A program made the position numbers and the translations under genes. This document shows, one piece after another, positions 9,307 to 20,102 of a stretch of DNA of 64,000 nucleotides. The notes beneath the pieces are model-generated. The model ran no database searches. It saw only the letters and a program-made list of their open reading frames with translations, and had not been told where the DNA came from. Position 1 is the stretch's first letter, and every line of letters starts with the position of its first letter. The DNA is from Acidobacteriota bacterium (GTDB lineage Bacteria; Acidobacteriota; UBA890; WLXD01), in assembly GCA_965205505.1 (NCBI GenBank), contig CBDBHB010000009.1, positions 160,001 to 224,000 on the forward strand. The letters are read 5' to 3'.

Positions 9307-10900
9307 TTAGCTTGTTGGAAACGAACGCTGGTACGCAACCTGGCCAGGGTGCACCACCCTGACTTCGTCCCCGGACTTGCCCTGCCATACAGGTCCCAAC
9401 CGAATGGTTCGATTGCGATAGGTGCCGCCTTGGAACAGGTCCGGCGTCGGATCGTGTGGAACCCATACAGTGGGCTCGCCGCGGACCCGGTCGGCAACTC
9501 GGATCACACCACCGTGTTGGACTCGATACATCGGTGCGTCATCCCACTTGAACCCCTCGCGGGGGTTCTTACCCAGCACGACATAGCGCAACTCGACACG
9601 CTCCGGGCTCACGTCGAAAACGGTATATCCGGCAACGCCCAGGAACTCATCCCCATAAAGCGCAGCCCATCCTGGATTGCCCCACCAATTGGACGACATT
9701 CTCCACGGCCGCCCGCAACAGATGTACTCGATGTCATCGCGCCCACCGTGGGCAAAGATGTGGTCGTGCCCGTTCAGAAAGTACCGGGCGCCGTAGCGCC
9801 GCATCAACCGGTTCAACTGAGCCTGCTCGCCCAGGTGAGCCATGCGTGCTCCCCCGCGACCATACGCACCGGCAGCAGTGGCCGCCGCGTTCCAGGCTCC
9901 CCCTCCCACAAGATGGTGGCAGATGACGAACTTGTGGCGGCTCCGGGACAACCGCAGCACCTTGCCGAGCCAGCTCAGCTGCGCATCACCTAGAGTCCAG
10001 TCCTCGGGAACGCGCGGCACGTTACGGGTGTATCGGAACGGGTCCAGAACCACGAAGGTCGCGTCGCCCCAGCTCCAGGCGTAGTAGTTCTCAAGGGGTG
10101 ACCGATGGCCCGACTCTGACCATCCCTCGTTCTCTCCTCCCTCCGGATAGGTTGTAGGGCCCGGATTCAGCAAGTAACGCTTCCGCGCGTTGGCCCCCCA
10201 GCGCATCAAGTGAGGATGCCGGTAGTAGCGTTCCCCGTCGTGATTGCCCAGAACGAAGAACGCCGGGATCGACCCCAGGATCGGAGCGTACAGTCGGCGC
10301 AACAGCGCGTAGCGCGCGTGCGCTTCGCGCTGGCTGTTGACTGCTGCCAAGCTGTTTCCAGACCCATCGATGCAGCTCTCATCACCCAAGAAGACAACGA
10401 AATCCAGATCCTCAGCCGCAACCAGGTTTGTGCCACGGCGCAGGGGGTCGTACCAGCCGTCCTGATTGTCATCGCGAATCAGGTGCGCATCCGCTAGCAG
10501 CGCGAACCGAAACCGCGAGCCCATCGGCCGCTGGGTTCGGAAACCGGTGACCGCGCCCCTGACCCACCGCGACGAGCCCTCTGCGAGCCGGTCCACTCGA
10601 TACCAGTAGCGCTTCGCTCGGGAGGAAAGATCTAGATGGAATCGAAGGTCGCCGAGCTCGTTGGACACCTGCTTGAACGACAGATCATTCCGGCCCCGGC
10701 CCCAAACAACGCGGGTTTCTCCAGGCGTGCTTACGTATAGCGAAACCTCGGCGCTGTCTCGGGTGACCCGGCCGAGCATCGGTGGAGCCTCAAGTGACAG
10801 CTCCGCTGCATCCTCCCCGACGTGCACCGGCCACCAAGCACCCGGGGGTAGCGCAAGACTCGTTGGCTAGCCCTGCGAGGACATTTCTGCGATTGGCCAC
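9307..10900 (-). CDS. Metallophosphoesterase (purple acid phosphatase-like); Tat leader separated by a 1-nt frameshift
   Basis: DAH, LGDE, GNHD, CHH, GHDH motifs. GGAGGA + GTG at 10900 gives MANRRNVLAGLA, which joins the main frame if one base near 10864-10866 is removed. Confidence 0.8.
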
Positions 10901-11449
10901 AGGGCGGTCCTCCCGACGGCAAGAGTCCGGCAAATAGGTGCCGGGCCATGCGTACCACCGATAAGGAAGCAGGCGGTTCCCGCGTATTCCTGAGAGCGAT
11001 TCTCAGTGTTGTATTCAGCGGGAGGCCCGACTCCAGAAGAGGAGCCGTTCCTTATCGGTTTGTACGCACCCGCAAAGTTAGCACAGGAGAGTCGTTTGCG
11101 CGTTTTGGACGTAAAACGCACGAGAGCACATAGCGTGCGCCCATGATGAGTGCTCTCAACCCACGTCGAGGGGGGCTCGCCCAACGTGTGCGCCACACGT
11201 CGATCACGCGGCCATCACAAAGTGACGGGCCGCATGGCAGCAGGGGTCCCCAGGGGTAGGCAGGCGGGGCGATCAGGTTAGAGAGGGCGGACGACGGGCG
11301 GCGCGACAGTCAACCGAGCTGGGGGCGCGCGTGTTTGTGAACCGGATTACGTACACGGGCCGGCGAGCACGCAACCGGCAACGCGAGCGGTGAGATCGTC
11401 AGGCCCGGGAATCAGACGATCAGCAGCACGGATCGCCCGACTAGAGAGT

Positions 11450-11534
11450 CTCTACCGCTCCGCTGGCTTCAACCCTTGGGCAAAACACCGAGCCACTGAG
11501 ACAGGAACGTGGTATTAACCGTGGGGGCTGGTCA
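11450..11534 (+). mobile_element. Degenerate IS3 right-end remnant
   Basis: ACTGAGACAGGAACGTGGTATTAACCGTGGGGGCTGGTCA resembles the end of copy 1 (7631-7669). Confidence 0.75.
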
Positions 11535-11575
11535 GTCTTCGTCCAGGCTTGAGCACACAGGGGAGTATTCGAGCG

Positions 11576-12271
11576 ATGTTTTTCTTCGATCCGACGTATC
11601 TGCTGTTCATCCTACCGGGATTGGCTCTGTCGCTCTGGGCAAGCTTCCGCACGAAGTCGGCATTCCGGAAATATTCGAAAGTGCGGTGTGCGCGCCACCT
11701 CACCGGCGCCCAGGCCGCCCGCCTCATGCTCGACCGCGCAGGGCTGCACGACGTGAGCATCGGGCGGTCACACGGCGTACTCTCGGACCATTACAATCCG
11801 GCCACGCGCCGCTTGGCATTGTCGAAGGACGTCCACGATGCCGCCTCGATTGCGGCGATCGGCGTGGCCACGCACGAAGCCGGCCATGCCATACAGCATG
11901 CGGCCCACTACGCCCCCCTCTGGCTGCGGAGCACACTCGTGCCCACGGCCAACATCGGTTCGTCGATCGGCTACGTCGTGATGATGATCGGACTGTTTAT
12001 GGCATCGCAGTCTTTGGTGGCCGTTGGCGCGGTCCTGTTCTCGGCGGTCCTTCTGTTCCAGGTGGTGACTCTTCCCGTGGAGTTCGATGCCACCGCTCGC
12101 GCCAAGAAACTCGTGGTGGAGTACGGGATAATCAGTGAGCACGAGCGGGCGGGCATGGACCGCGTGTTGAACGCCGCCGCGCTCACCTACGTGGCCGCCG
12201 TGGTCAGCACGCTCCTGACCCTGCTCTACTTCTTGATGCGGGCTGGCTTGCTAGGCGGCCGGGACGACTAA
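11576..12271 (+). CDS. YugP-like neutral zinc metallopeptidase (membrane)
   Basis: LSDHYNP, ATHEAGHAIQH, TLPVEFDA, AAALTYVAA. Confidence 0.93.
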   Translation: MFFFDPTYLLFILPGLALSLWASFRTKSAFRKYSKVRCARHLTGAQAARLMLDRAGLHDVSIGRSHGVLSDHYNPATRRLALSKDVHDAASIAAIGVATHEAGHAIQHAAHYAPLWLRSTLVPTANIGSSIGYVVMMIGLFMASQSLVAVGAVLFSAVLLFQVVTLPVEFDATARAKKLVVEYGIISEHERAGMDRVLNAAALTYVAAVVSTLLTLLYFLMRAGLLGGRDD

Positions 12272-12289
12272 CGGTGCTTTCCGAGTAGG

Positions 12290-12403
12290 TTGTTCACATC
12301 GGGGCCTTCTGAGACCAATGGGGTAACCGGGACCAACCTTGGTGTGCCCATTGCGGTGCTGCCACCGCGGATCTTCCGCGTCGGCGCCAGCGTGAGTTTC
12401 TGA
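12290..12403 (+). pseudogene. C-terminal remnant of an acidobacterial TonB-dependent receptor-like protein
   Basis: Manual translation NLGVPIAVLPPRIFRVGASVSF* (PRxxRxG..F* beta-barrel ending). Confidence 0.55.
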
Positions 12404-12499
12404 GGCGCACCGTGCTGATCTGAGCTGTCGGGTCCGGGCGGGTGGCGGCGTCCCCGTTCGCCACCGACCTCGACGGCCGGTGACGAGCCGACGACCACG

Positions 12500-12751
12500 G
12501 GGTTCCTGGTGGGCGGCGGCCCATCGTGTATCGCGGCCTGGCCTCTCGGCTCCTACCTGAGCGAGCCCGCATGCGCGTCGGCGGGGAAGGTGCAGAACTC
12601 GGGACTGTCGGGGCCGATTCCAAGACCCGGTACGAAGAAGCTGCTCCAGGAGAGAAAGCAGATCGAAGAGGAATTCGGTGACAGTCTTACCTGGCACAAC
12701 GCCGAGAACGCTCAAGCGTGCCGAGTGTATGTTCAGAGGGGCACCGTGTGA
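12500..12751 (+). pseudogene. DUF4268-like fragment
   Basis: LLQERKQIEEEFGDSLTWHNAENAQACRV. Confidence 0.45.
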
Positions 12752-12759
12752 TCCGTACT

Positions 12760-13025
12760 GCCCTGCGGCGGGCCTCCCGGCGGAGCGCATCCACCAGGAA
12801 GAGCTGTCGATCCGCGTCAAGCGCCGCTGCAAGTGGAACGAGCCACAGGCGAATGTCGCTGCCGGCTCTAGCGCGCCGAACGAGCGCTGGAGCATGGACT
12901 TCATCACCGACCAACTGCACAGCGGCCGCTAGTTCCCCATGGTGACGGTCGTGGATCACTTGACTCGTGACTGCCCGGTGCTGGAGGCCGGTGTGTCGAT
13001 GAGCGGGCAACTAGTGGCAACGTGC
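12760..13025 (+). pseudogene. Remnant of a different IS3-family transposase
   Basis: APNERWSMDFITDQLHSGR*FPMVTVVDHLTRDCPVLE, with an in-frame TAG. Confidence 0.8.
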
Positions 13026-13199
13026 ATAAGCGTCTGTCGGTGCAGCGGCCCGTCACTGAAGGGCTGGCCGGCGAGTGGACACTCGGTGACGGTCAGCTTC
13101 TCGAGTCAGTAGATGGATGCGGCGCGGACTCGGGGCCCTCGGAGCGGCAGCGGGAGTCATTTGCCCGCCAGTTCGACCAGACGCGCTTCCACGCTTCAC

Positions 13200-13311
13200 G
13201 CTCGCACACCGCTTCGAGGCTCATGCCTTGCTCGCCGGCCGTCTTCCGATCGTGGCACTCACGGTAGATCGGCTGGACGTTGTCGCGGTCCCAGAAGCGC
13301 TCGGGCGCCAC
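13200..13311 (-). pseudogene. Phage HNH endonuclease C-terminal remnant
   Basis: RFWDRDNVQPIYRECHDRKTAGE resembles FWDxxNxQxLCxxCHxxKT. Confidence 0.55.
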
Positions 13312-13319
13312 TGGTTTCC

Positions 13320-13560
13320 GGCAACGGCGGCGAGCGCATGTTCCGGACCGTGCCGTCCGTGAGGTTGACCAGCTGCACGCTCAAGATGTCTTTGCTCGAC
13401 GCCGTCCTCAAACACGCGGAAGTCCGCTGCAGTGAGCTCGTCAACGAAGTTACTGTCCTCGTCGGTGACGATCGTGTCGACGCGGACGCGTGTCACCGCC
13501 GACCGGAACATGGGCGCCTGAACCGGCGGCAACGCCGCCTGAGCCAGCGTCGTGAATACC
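13320..13560 (-). pseudogene. Acidobacterial VWFA-domain protein N-terminal remnant
   Basis: PMFRSAVTRVRVDTIVTDEDSNFVDELTAADFRVFEDGVEQ, then a frameshift and truncation. Confidence 0.75.
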
Positions 13561-13891
13561 GGAACTCCGGTTGCGCCTGTGACGCTGATGCCGCCCGTGA
13601 CCGGTAGTCCCAGGACGGTCATAGCCAGGACAAAACCAGGAGCCGGCCCGATTCAACTGCTTTTCTCACCCAACAACCTCGGCTTGAAACACGGTGTTTC
13701 ACTGGATCGCACCGTCCGGCCATCGCCGCTCTCCATAGCTGCTACGAACTAACCATCCAGCGGCGTGAACGGGTCCGCGCTGAAAAACCTGCCTCCGGTT
13801 CCGGGCTTGGCGGGCACGGCCCCTAGGTCTCGTCCGCCCAGATGTGCTCTGTCCTGTTGCGGCTGCCAGCCGGTGGTCCGTTCGGTCTGGT

Positions 13892-14354
13892 CTAGGGCTG
13901 CGGCGACGAAGACCGGCCTGGAACACGGTGCAGGGCGCCCGGAGGGCTCAGCGTACAGCCAGCGCAGAACCTCGACTTTAGAGAACCCGCACCGGTCAAT
14001 GTGCCCTTCAGCAAGTAGTTGCCGACAGTTTTCAGGGCATTGGCTTTGAAGTGCAGCACTACAAGACTTTCGCCGGGTACCGATACGTTTGGGAAGGATT
14101 GCTTCCACTTCACAGGCCCGGTGAGCTTGAAGGTCAGGTTGCCTGTATGAGTGTCGGAGCCGAGGTTCGCCACAACAAGGGCGTAGTTGTACTTGTAATC
14201 CGGGATTGGCATAACGCCGAAGCACTCGAATCCAGAGTCAAACACTCTGGGCTTAATGAGGGTCGTATAGGGCATGTAGGGCAAGACGTTCTTGACGCCA
14301 CGAAACTGCTGCTTGGCCTCGTCGGAGAGGTTGTAGGCCAGCATATGCAGGCCG
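13892..14354 (-). pseudogene. Hypothetical beta-rich protein, 5' end cut by IS3 copy 2
   Basis: The ORF start lies inside the IS terminus; natural-looking beta-strand sequence follows. Confidence 0.5.
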
Positions 14355-14388
14355 TGACCTGACCCCACGGTTAGTACCACGTCTTATC

Positions 14389-15273
14389 TCAGTAACTCGG
14401 TGCTGACAAGGGGTTGTTGAGGCCGGCGAAGCGGAGCGTAGCCGGCTTCAACAACAGCGCCTCCGGGGCCGGTGGTCGGTAGCCCAACGAGCTGTGCGGT
14501 CGCATGCGGTTGTACTGCTGCCTCCATCTCTCGATCAGAACCTTTGCCTCCTTGAGCGTGTAGAAGATCTCGCCGTTGAGCAGCTCGTCTCGGAGCTTGC
14601 CGTTGAAGCTCTCCACGTAGCCGTTCTCCCACGGCGAGCCCGGCTCGATGAACAGCGTGCCCACACCGAGCCTACCGAGCCAGTCGCGAACCGCCTCGGC
14701 GGTGAACTCCGGTCCGTTATCGGACCGGATGTGCTCAGGTATGCCCCGGTGCACGAACAACCACCCGAGCCGCTCGAGCACGTCCTCACAGTTGAGCTTC
14801 CGTGCCACGTCGATCGCCAGGCTTTCTCGTGTGTACTCATCGACGATCGTCAGCAGCCTCATAGCCCGACCCTCGTGCGTCCGGTGATGGACGAAGTCAT
14901 ACGCCCAGACGTGATCTTTGCGCTGTGGTCGCAGCCGGATGCACGAGCCATCGCTGAGCCACAGCCGGGCTCGTTTGGGCTGCTTTGTCGGTACTTTCAG
15001 CCCCTCACGCCTCCAGATACGCTGCACTCGTTTGTGGTTCACCCACCAGCCCTCCATACGCAACAACGCCGTCACTCGCCGATACCCGTAGCGCCCGTAT
15101 TGTCGGGCTAGATCCACGATCCGCTCCGTCAACATCTGCTCATCGCCCGGTTCTCTTGGCATGTACCTGTGTGTCGTGCGTGGTTGTTTCAGTACCCGGC
15201 ACGCCCGCCTCTCGGAGACGCCCAGCCGCCCCTGTACATGCGCCACCGCCTCGCGCCGTCGAGCTGGGCTCAG
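14389..15273 (-). CDS. IS3 transposase OrfB
   Basis: Same DDE motifs as copy 1. Confidence 0.93.
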   Translation of the reverse strand: MSPARRREAVAHVQGRLGVSERRACRVLKQPRTTHRYMPREPGDEQMLTERIVDLARQYGRYGYRRVTALLRMEGWWVNHKRVQRIWRREGLKVPTKQPKRARLWLSDGSCIRLRPQRKDHVWAYDFVHHRTHEGRAMRLLTIVDEYTRESLAIDVARKLNCEDVLERLGWLFVHRGIPEHIRSDNGPEFTAEAVRDWLGRLGVGTLFIEPGSPWENGYVESFNGKLRDELLNGEIFYTLKEAKVLIERWRQQYNRMRPHSSLGYRPPAPEALLLKPATLRFAGLNNPLSAPSY

Positions 15274-15548
15274 AAGTTTCCCTCCGCGACTTCCTTCAGG
15301 ATCGACAGGTCGAGCTCTTTCTCCGCCACCAGTTTCTTGAGCCGGGCGTTTTCTTTCTCCAGCTGCTTGAGCCTTCTGGCCTGGTTGACCTTCAGCCCCC
15401 CGTACTCCCGCCGCCACCGATAGTAGGTGTGCTCGGTGATCGCTAGCTTGCGGCAGGCATCCTTGACCGTCCCGCCTTGCGCCAGCTCCACTTCAGCCTC
15501 CCGGAGCTTGCGTACGATCTGCTCGGCGCTGTGCCTCTTCGTCGGCAT
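15270..15548 (-). CDS. IS3 transposase OrfA
   Basis: Differs from copy 1 OrfA only at Q/L (EVEQAQ vs EVELAQ). Confidence 0.95.
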   Translation of the reverse strand: MPTKRHSAEQIVRKLREAEVELAQGGTVKDACRKLAITEHTYYRWRREYGGLKVNQARRLKQLEKENARLKKLVAEKELDLSILKEVAEGNF

Positions 15549-15614
15549 TCTGACCTCCCCTTTTCGACCCAGATCGTGAGATTACCTCTGGATCCGTTTT
15601 GGGGGGTCAGGTCA

Positions 15615-15906
15615 CGTCGGCTACTACTTGCTGACCGGAACGCCGGTGTTCGACGGCCCGCCGCTCGGCGTGCTGATGGATCACGTGAAGACCTCGCCGG
15701 TGCCGCCGTCCGACAGGCTTGAGACCGAGATTCCTGCCGGGCTCGAGCGCGTCATTCTCAGGTGCCTCGAGAAGGATCCGGACGCCCGCCATCTGAGCGC
15801 CGCGGAGCTGGCGGAAGCTCTAGTAGCCTGCTGCCCCGAGCCGCGATGGAACGCCCGTCGAGCGGCCGACTGGTGGAAACTCCATCTGCCACCTGCCGCG
15901 ACCTGA
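15615..15906 (+). pseudogene. Ser/Thr kinase C-lobe remnant cut by IS3 copy 2
   Basis: VGYYLLTGTPVF..LERVILRCLEKDPDAR (subdomains IX-XI) starts at the IS end. Confidence 0.85.
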
Positions 15907-16138
15907 CGATCAGGGGATCCCCAACATGGTTCTGGTCACCACTCCAGGGCCAGAACTTGCCCCAATCCGAGCGTCGCGCAGTTAACTTGACAGTGCCCCG
16001 TGGCTGGGCAACCCGTGGGCCGCTCCTGTCGGTCCCGCGCCCCACTCGACGCATCGGACCTTCCTCGGCCCGGTCATCATCGCTAGCATGTTGGCGTGCT
16101 AGTGCGTCATCACTGGAGCGTTCCTAACGCGGCTCGCC

Positions 16139-18760
16139 ATGCGCAAACCCCTGATTGTGGTCATCTTGTGGCTGGCTCTTGTAGTCGGTGCAGGTGCACG
16201 CCTCGAAGCTTCGAGTCAGGCCGATGGTGGCTCCGCATCCCGCAAGCGTGAGGCTCAGGTCCACGCTGCGAACAAGACAGGACACCAGACGCCCCGTCGC
16301 CGCGAGATTCCCGTGCGTCTGGTCGGACCGAGCGGGCGAATGACTGTTCCGAGCACGCCCGTAGTCATGAGCGACAGTCGGCGGCGGTCGCCGGTTGCCG
16401 CGTCCGTAAGCTTGCCGAGACGGCACATTCCTGTTCGGATGGTGACGCCAGGCGAGATCAACGCGCCGATTCGCATCGCCAACGCTCCGATCATCGCCCC
16501 TGATAGGGTGCCACCAGCACTGGCCGTCGATCCCGCGTTACCTGCACCGTTCGATGCGAACATCGCCAGCGTCACGCCGAGAATTTCTGCGCCAGCGATC
16601 GGTGCTCGGCGAGCTGGGTCGAACCGGGCACGCGGCGTGACGCCGTCGATGACCGTGTCGCGAGCCGCCGAGGCTCCGATGATGGACGGCGTGGTCGACG
16701 ACGCCAGCTGGGCGCTCGCTGACGTGGCCACGGACTTCTTGCAGCGCGAGCCGCAGCAGGGACAGCCGGCCTCGGAGCGCACCGAGGTGCGGGTCCTCTA
16801 CGACGACGAGAACTTGTACATCGGCGTGATTGCCTATGACAGCAATCCCAGCACGATCCTCGCCAGCGAGCTACGCCGCGACGCCATCGGCGGCAGAGAG
16901 GGTGGCGGTGGCGGCAGCAACAGGGGCTCGGACGACACGTTTAGCGTGGTGCTCGACACCTTCAACGACGGTCGCAGCGCGTTTCTGTTCCGGGTCAACC
17001 CGCTCGGCGCCCGCTACGACGCCACCATCCGCAACGAGAGCGAGGTGAACTCCGACTGGGACGAGGCCTGGGAGGCAGCCGCACAGATCACCTCGCGCGG
17101 CTGGGAGGCCGAGCTCGTGATTCCACTCGGCATTCTCCGGTACTCCACGAGCGCCTCCGACTGGGGCGTCGACTTCGAGCGCCAGATACGCCGCAAGAAC
17201 GAAGAGGTGGCGTGGAGCAACTACCGACGCGACTTCCAGTTCATCGCCGTATCGCAGGCAGGCGACCTACGCGGCTTCGAGAACCTGTCGCTGAAACAAC
17301 GGTTCCGGCTCCGACCCTATTTCCTCGGAACCTCCACATCGCTGTTCGAGGATCCCCGACGCATCAACACCGTCGATCAGGAGCTTGGCATCGACGACCT
17401 CAAGATCCAGCTCACCTCCAACCTCACCGCCGACCTCACGTACAACACCGACTTCGCCCAGGTCGAGCTCGATGACCAGCGCGTCAACCTGACGCGCTTC
17501 TCGCTCTTCTTCCCGGAGAAGCGCGATTTCTTTCTCGAGGGCGCCAACAACTTCAGCTTCGGGCCCCGCGGGGGCGACGGTGGCTCCGAACCCCCGCTGC
17601 TGCGCCTTTACCACTCGCGCAACATTGGGCTCTCGGACTCGGGGGAGCCCATACCGATCGACTACGGCGCCAAGATGACCGGCAAGATCGGCGGAGGCAC
17701 CGTCGGGCTGCTGCACGTCCGCACCGACACCCCGGACCTCATTGGCAGCCAGCAATTCACCGCGTTGCGGTGGCGCCAGGACGTGCTGTCCCGTTCCAGT
17801 GTCGGAGCATTGGTGACCAACGTCGAGCGGCCGAAGGGGGGCACCAACACCGTCGTCGGCGCCGACGCGAGCTTCACGTTCTTCGACAACCTCAACATCG
17901 CCGCGTTCGCCGCCCGCGCCACCGACGACGACCTCGAAGAAGGCAAGTTCGCCGGCCAGTTCCGCGTCGCCTGGCAGAGCGATCTGTGGCGCGCCAGTGT
18001 CGACATCACTCGCATCGACCCCGAATTCAGAGCCGATCTGGGCTTCGTGCTGCGCGAGGACGTCGTGCGCCGCGTCTATCGCGGATCGTGGAATCCGCGG
18101 CCCAGCGGAATCCCGTGGCTTCGATCGGTGAACTTCAGCGCCAACCACACGACGTTCCACGACAGCCACGGCGATCTCGTCAGCCGCGAGGTCTGGGGCG
18201 GCGCCTTCCTCAACACCGAGGCAGGCGACTTCGGCGGGGTGCTCGCTGTGAGCTTCTTCGAGCGCCTCGACCTGCCCTTCGAGATCCATCCCGAGGTAAC
18301 GATCCCGCCGGGGGAGTACCGGTTCAACTACGTGTACAGTCTCTTTCGAAGCTTCGCGGGTCGCTGGTGGAGCATCGGCGGCGACGCCCGCATCGGATCG
18401 TTCTACGACGGGACCATCTTAACGATATCGCCACGGTTGACGTTCCGACCGAGCCCCAACCTGGTTGTCTCGCCCGCCTTCAGCTACAACAAGTTCGACC
18501 TCCCGGCCGGGAGCTTCACCTCCAACGTGCTGAACACCCGCGTCAGCTACAGCTTCTCGGATCGTTGGCTAACCGACGCCCTGATTCAGTACGACAACGT
18601 CTTCGATACGGTGTCGTTGTTCGCCCGCCTGCGCTACATCTACCGCATCGGCGACGATATTTATCTGGTCTACCGCCAGGCCGGCAACTACGACGGCTTC
18701 CGCTTCGGCGGCCACGACCGCTCGCTCACTCTCAAGGTAACGCGCTCCTTCGAATGGTAG
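16139..18760 (+). CDS. CBM9-like + DUF5916 outer-membrane protein
   Basis: Signal peptide; DGVVDDASW..TEVRVLYDDENLY; NTDFAQVELD, NLTRFSLFFPEKRDFFLEG; terminal aromatic residue. Confidence 0.88.
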   Translation: MRKPLIVVILWLALVVGAGARLEASSQADGGSASRKREAQVHAANKTGHQTPRRREIPVRLVGPSGRMTVPSTPVVMSDSRRRSPVAASVSLPRRHIPVRMVTPGEINAPIRIANAPIIAPDRVPPALAVDPALPAPFDANIASVTPRISAPAIGARRAGSNRARGVTPSMTVSRAAEAPMMDGVVDDASWALADVATDFLQREPQQGQPASERTEVRVLYDDENLYIGVIAYDSNPSTILASELRRDAIGGREGGGGGSNRGSDDTFSVVLDTFNDGRSAFLFRVNPLGARYDATIRNESEVNSDWDEAWEAAAQITSRGWEAELVIPLGILRYSTSASDWGVDFERQIRRKNEEVAWSNYRRDFQFIAVSQAGDLRGFENLSLKQRFRLRPYFLGTSTSLFEDPRRINTVDQELGIDDLKIQLTSNLTADLTYNTDFAQVELDDQRVNLTRFSLFFPEKRDFFLEGANNFSFGPRGGDGGSEPPLLRLYHSRNIGLSDSGEPIPIDYGAKMTGKIGGGTVGLLHVRTDTPDLIGSQQFTALRWRQDVLSRSSVGALVTNVERPKGGTNTVVGADASFTFFDNLNIAAFAARATDDDLEEGKFAGQFRVAWQSDLWRASVDITRIDPEFRADLGFVLREDVVRRVYRGSWNPRPSGIPWLRSVNFSANHTTFHDSHGDLVSREVWGGAFLNTEAGDFGGVLAVSFFERLDLPFEIHPEVTIPPGEYRFNYVYSLFRSFAGRWWSIGGDARIGSFYDGTILTISPRLTFRPSPNLVVSPAFSYNKFDLPAGSFTSNVLNTRVSYSFSDRWLTDALIQYDNVFDTVSLFARLRYIYRIGDDIYLVYRQAGNYDGFRFGGHDRSLTLKVTRSFEW

Positions 18761-18899
18761 GGGCAGCGTCCACGACGGCAGACCGAGGCACATGCCTCGA
18801 TTGCCCCGGGAGCGAGGATTACGCGGTCCTTCGCCCGACCGCGCGACTGGGAATTCGGCGAAAGCCGATTTGATTGAGCCGATGGCACGCGAAGATGCC

Positions 18900-20102
18900 T
18901 CACGGCAACGAAGCGTCCTCGGCGTCGGCCACGACCATGATCTCCACGAGCCCCGCCGGTACCACGAGCACCGCCTCGACGGTGGTGCGCGCGGGACGCG
19001 GCATCGGCATCAGGTCGCGGTACGTGTTGCTCATTTGGGTGAAGTAACGCGAGTCGGAGATGTAGACGAAGCTCTCCACGACGTCCTCGAGTCCCAGCCC
19101 GGCGGCAGCTAGCGTCGCCTGGATCTTCTCGATTGTGAGGCGCGTCTGCGCGACCACATCGCCCGGCGGGTAACCCTGGTCGTTCCAGCCGGTATAGCCC
19201 CGCACGAACAGGCGCCCGCCGGCGAGGATCGACGGCGAAAACGGCAGGCTGGAAGTCTCCTCGCCGACGACGCGGCGCGCCGGGTCGCGCACCGCCACTG
19301 CCTGGATCTCGATCAGTAAGTCCGGGTGCATTAGCCCCGCCTTCATGGCGGCGCGCGCCGGCGGCTCGTCGGTGAACACCGAACGATACGCGGCGTTCAT
19401 CTTCTGAAAGTGCCGTGTGTCACGCAGGTACACGCGGTTGGAGACCACATCGGCGTAGCTCATCCCGGCTGCCCCCAGCACGCGGCCGATGTTGGCGAGC
19501 GTGCGCGCAGTCTGCTCACCGATGTGGCCAGGCAGCAGCGTCCCCTGAGCCGGATCGTTGGACACGGCCCCGGCCACAAACAGCGTGTCCCCGGCTAGAA
19601 TGCCGTAGCCGTAGCCGTAGCCGGGGCCCGAGGGGCGCCAGCCGGCGGGCGTGATGCGTCTGAGCTCCACGCCCTCGCGTACCGCCACTATCGACATCTC
19701 GATCAGCGCCTCGGGCACCGCCAGGTCCGTGCGCACCGTGGTGCGCGTGGGGGCGTTTTCCGGAAACACCTCGCGGAAAACACCGTTCATGGCTCCGTAG
19801 TGCCGGTCGTCGGCCAGATACACCGTCAGGCTCGCCACGCGCGACAGGTCCGAGCCGGCCGCCTGCAGCACGCGCTCCAGGTTGGCGAACGTCTGGCGCG
19901 TCTGCGCCTCGATGCCGGCGGCAAATCCCTCGTCGGGGGCGCGGCCGAGCGCCCCGGTCGTGTAGAGGAAATCCCCCGTCCAGACCGCGTGGCTGAACGG
20001 CAGGTCGGGGCTGGCTCCCGGAAGGGTGACGGTGCGCTTGTCACCGGATGCCGGTGCAAGTGCCAGAAGGGCGGCGAGGACAGGGGTAAGCGCAACTTTC
20101 AT
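18900..20102 (-). CDS. Three-domain Rid (YjgF/YER057c/UK114) protein with signal peptide
   Basis: Three repeats ending PTRTTV..LIEM, PARAAM..LIEI, PARTTV..LVEI; leader MKVALTPVLAALLALAPASG. Confidence 0.92.
   Translation of the reverse strand: MKVALTPVLAALLALAPASGDKRTVTLPGASPDLPFSHAVWTGDFLYTTGALGRAPDEGFAAGIEAQTRQTFANLERVLQAAGSDLSRVASLTVYLADDRHYGAMNGVFREVFPENAPTRTTVRTDLAVPEALIEMSIVAVREGVELRRITPAGWRPSGPGYGYGYGILAGDTLFVAGAVSNDPAQGTLLPGHIGEQTARTLANIGRVLGAAGMSYADVVSNRVYLRDTRHFQKMNAAYRSVFTDEPPARAAMKAGLMHPDLLIEIQAVAVRDPARRVVGEETSSLPFSPSILAGGRLFVRGYTGWNDQGYPPGDVVAQTRLTIEKIQATLAAAGLGLEDVVESFVYISDSRYFTQMSNTYRDLMPMPRPARTTVEAVLVVPAGLVEIMVVADAEDASLP

Larger units (their letters stand above)
14355..15614 (-). 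mobile_element. IS3-family (IS407 group) insertion sequence, copy 2, 1260 bp
   Basis: Near-identical inverted copy of 6403-7669 lacking TTGGAGG (7584-7590); flanks GCCG / CGTC show no target duplication. Confidence 0.97.

Noticed and set aside
11160-11280. Structured ncRNA (adjacent GC hairpins)
   Set aside because: No recognisable family; hairpins are expected at this GC content.
13749-13810. RHS core motif (GRFFSADP)
   Set aside because: No preceding RYYDP or YD repeats; probably chance.
6403-15614. Composite transposon formed by the two inverted IS3 copies
   Set aside because: Copy 1 has its own CCTT duplication, and the outer flanks (CCTT vs CGTC) do not match.
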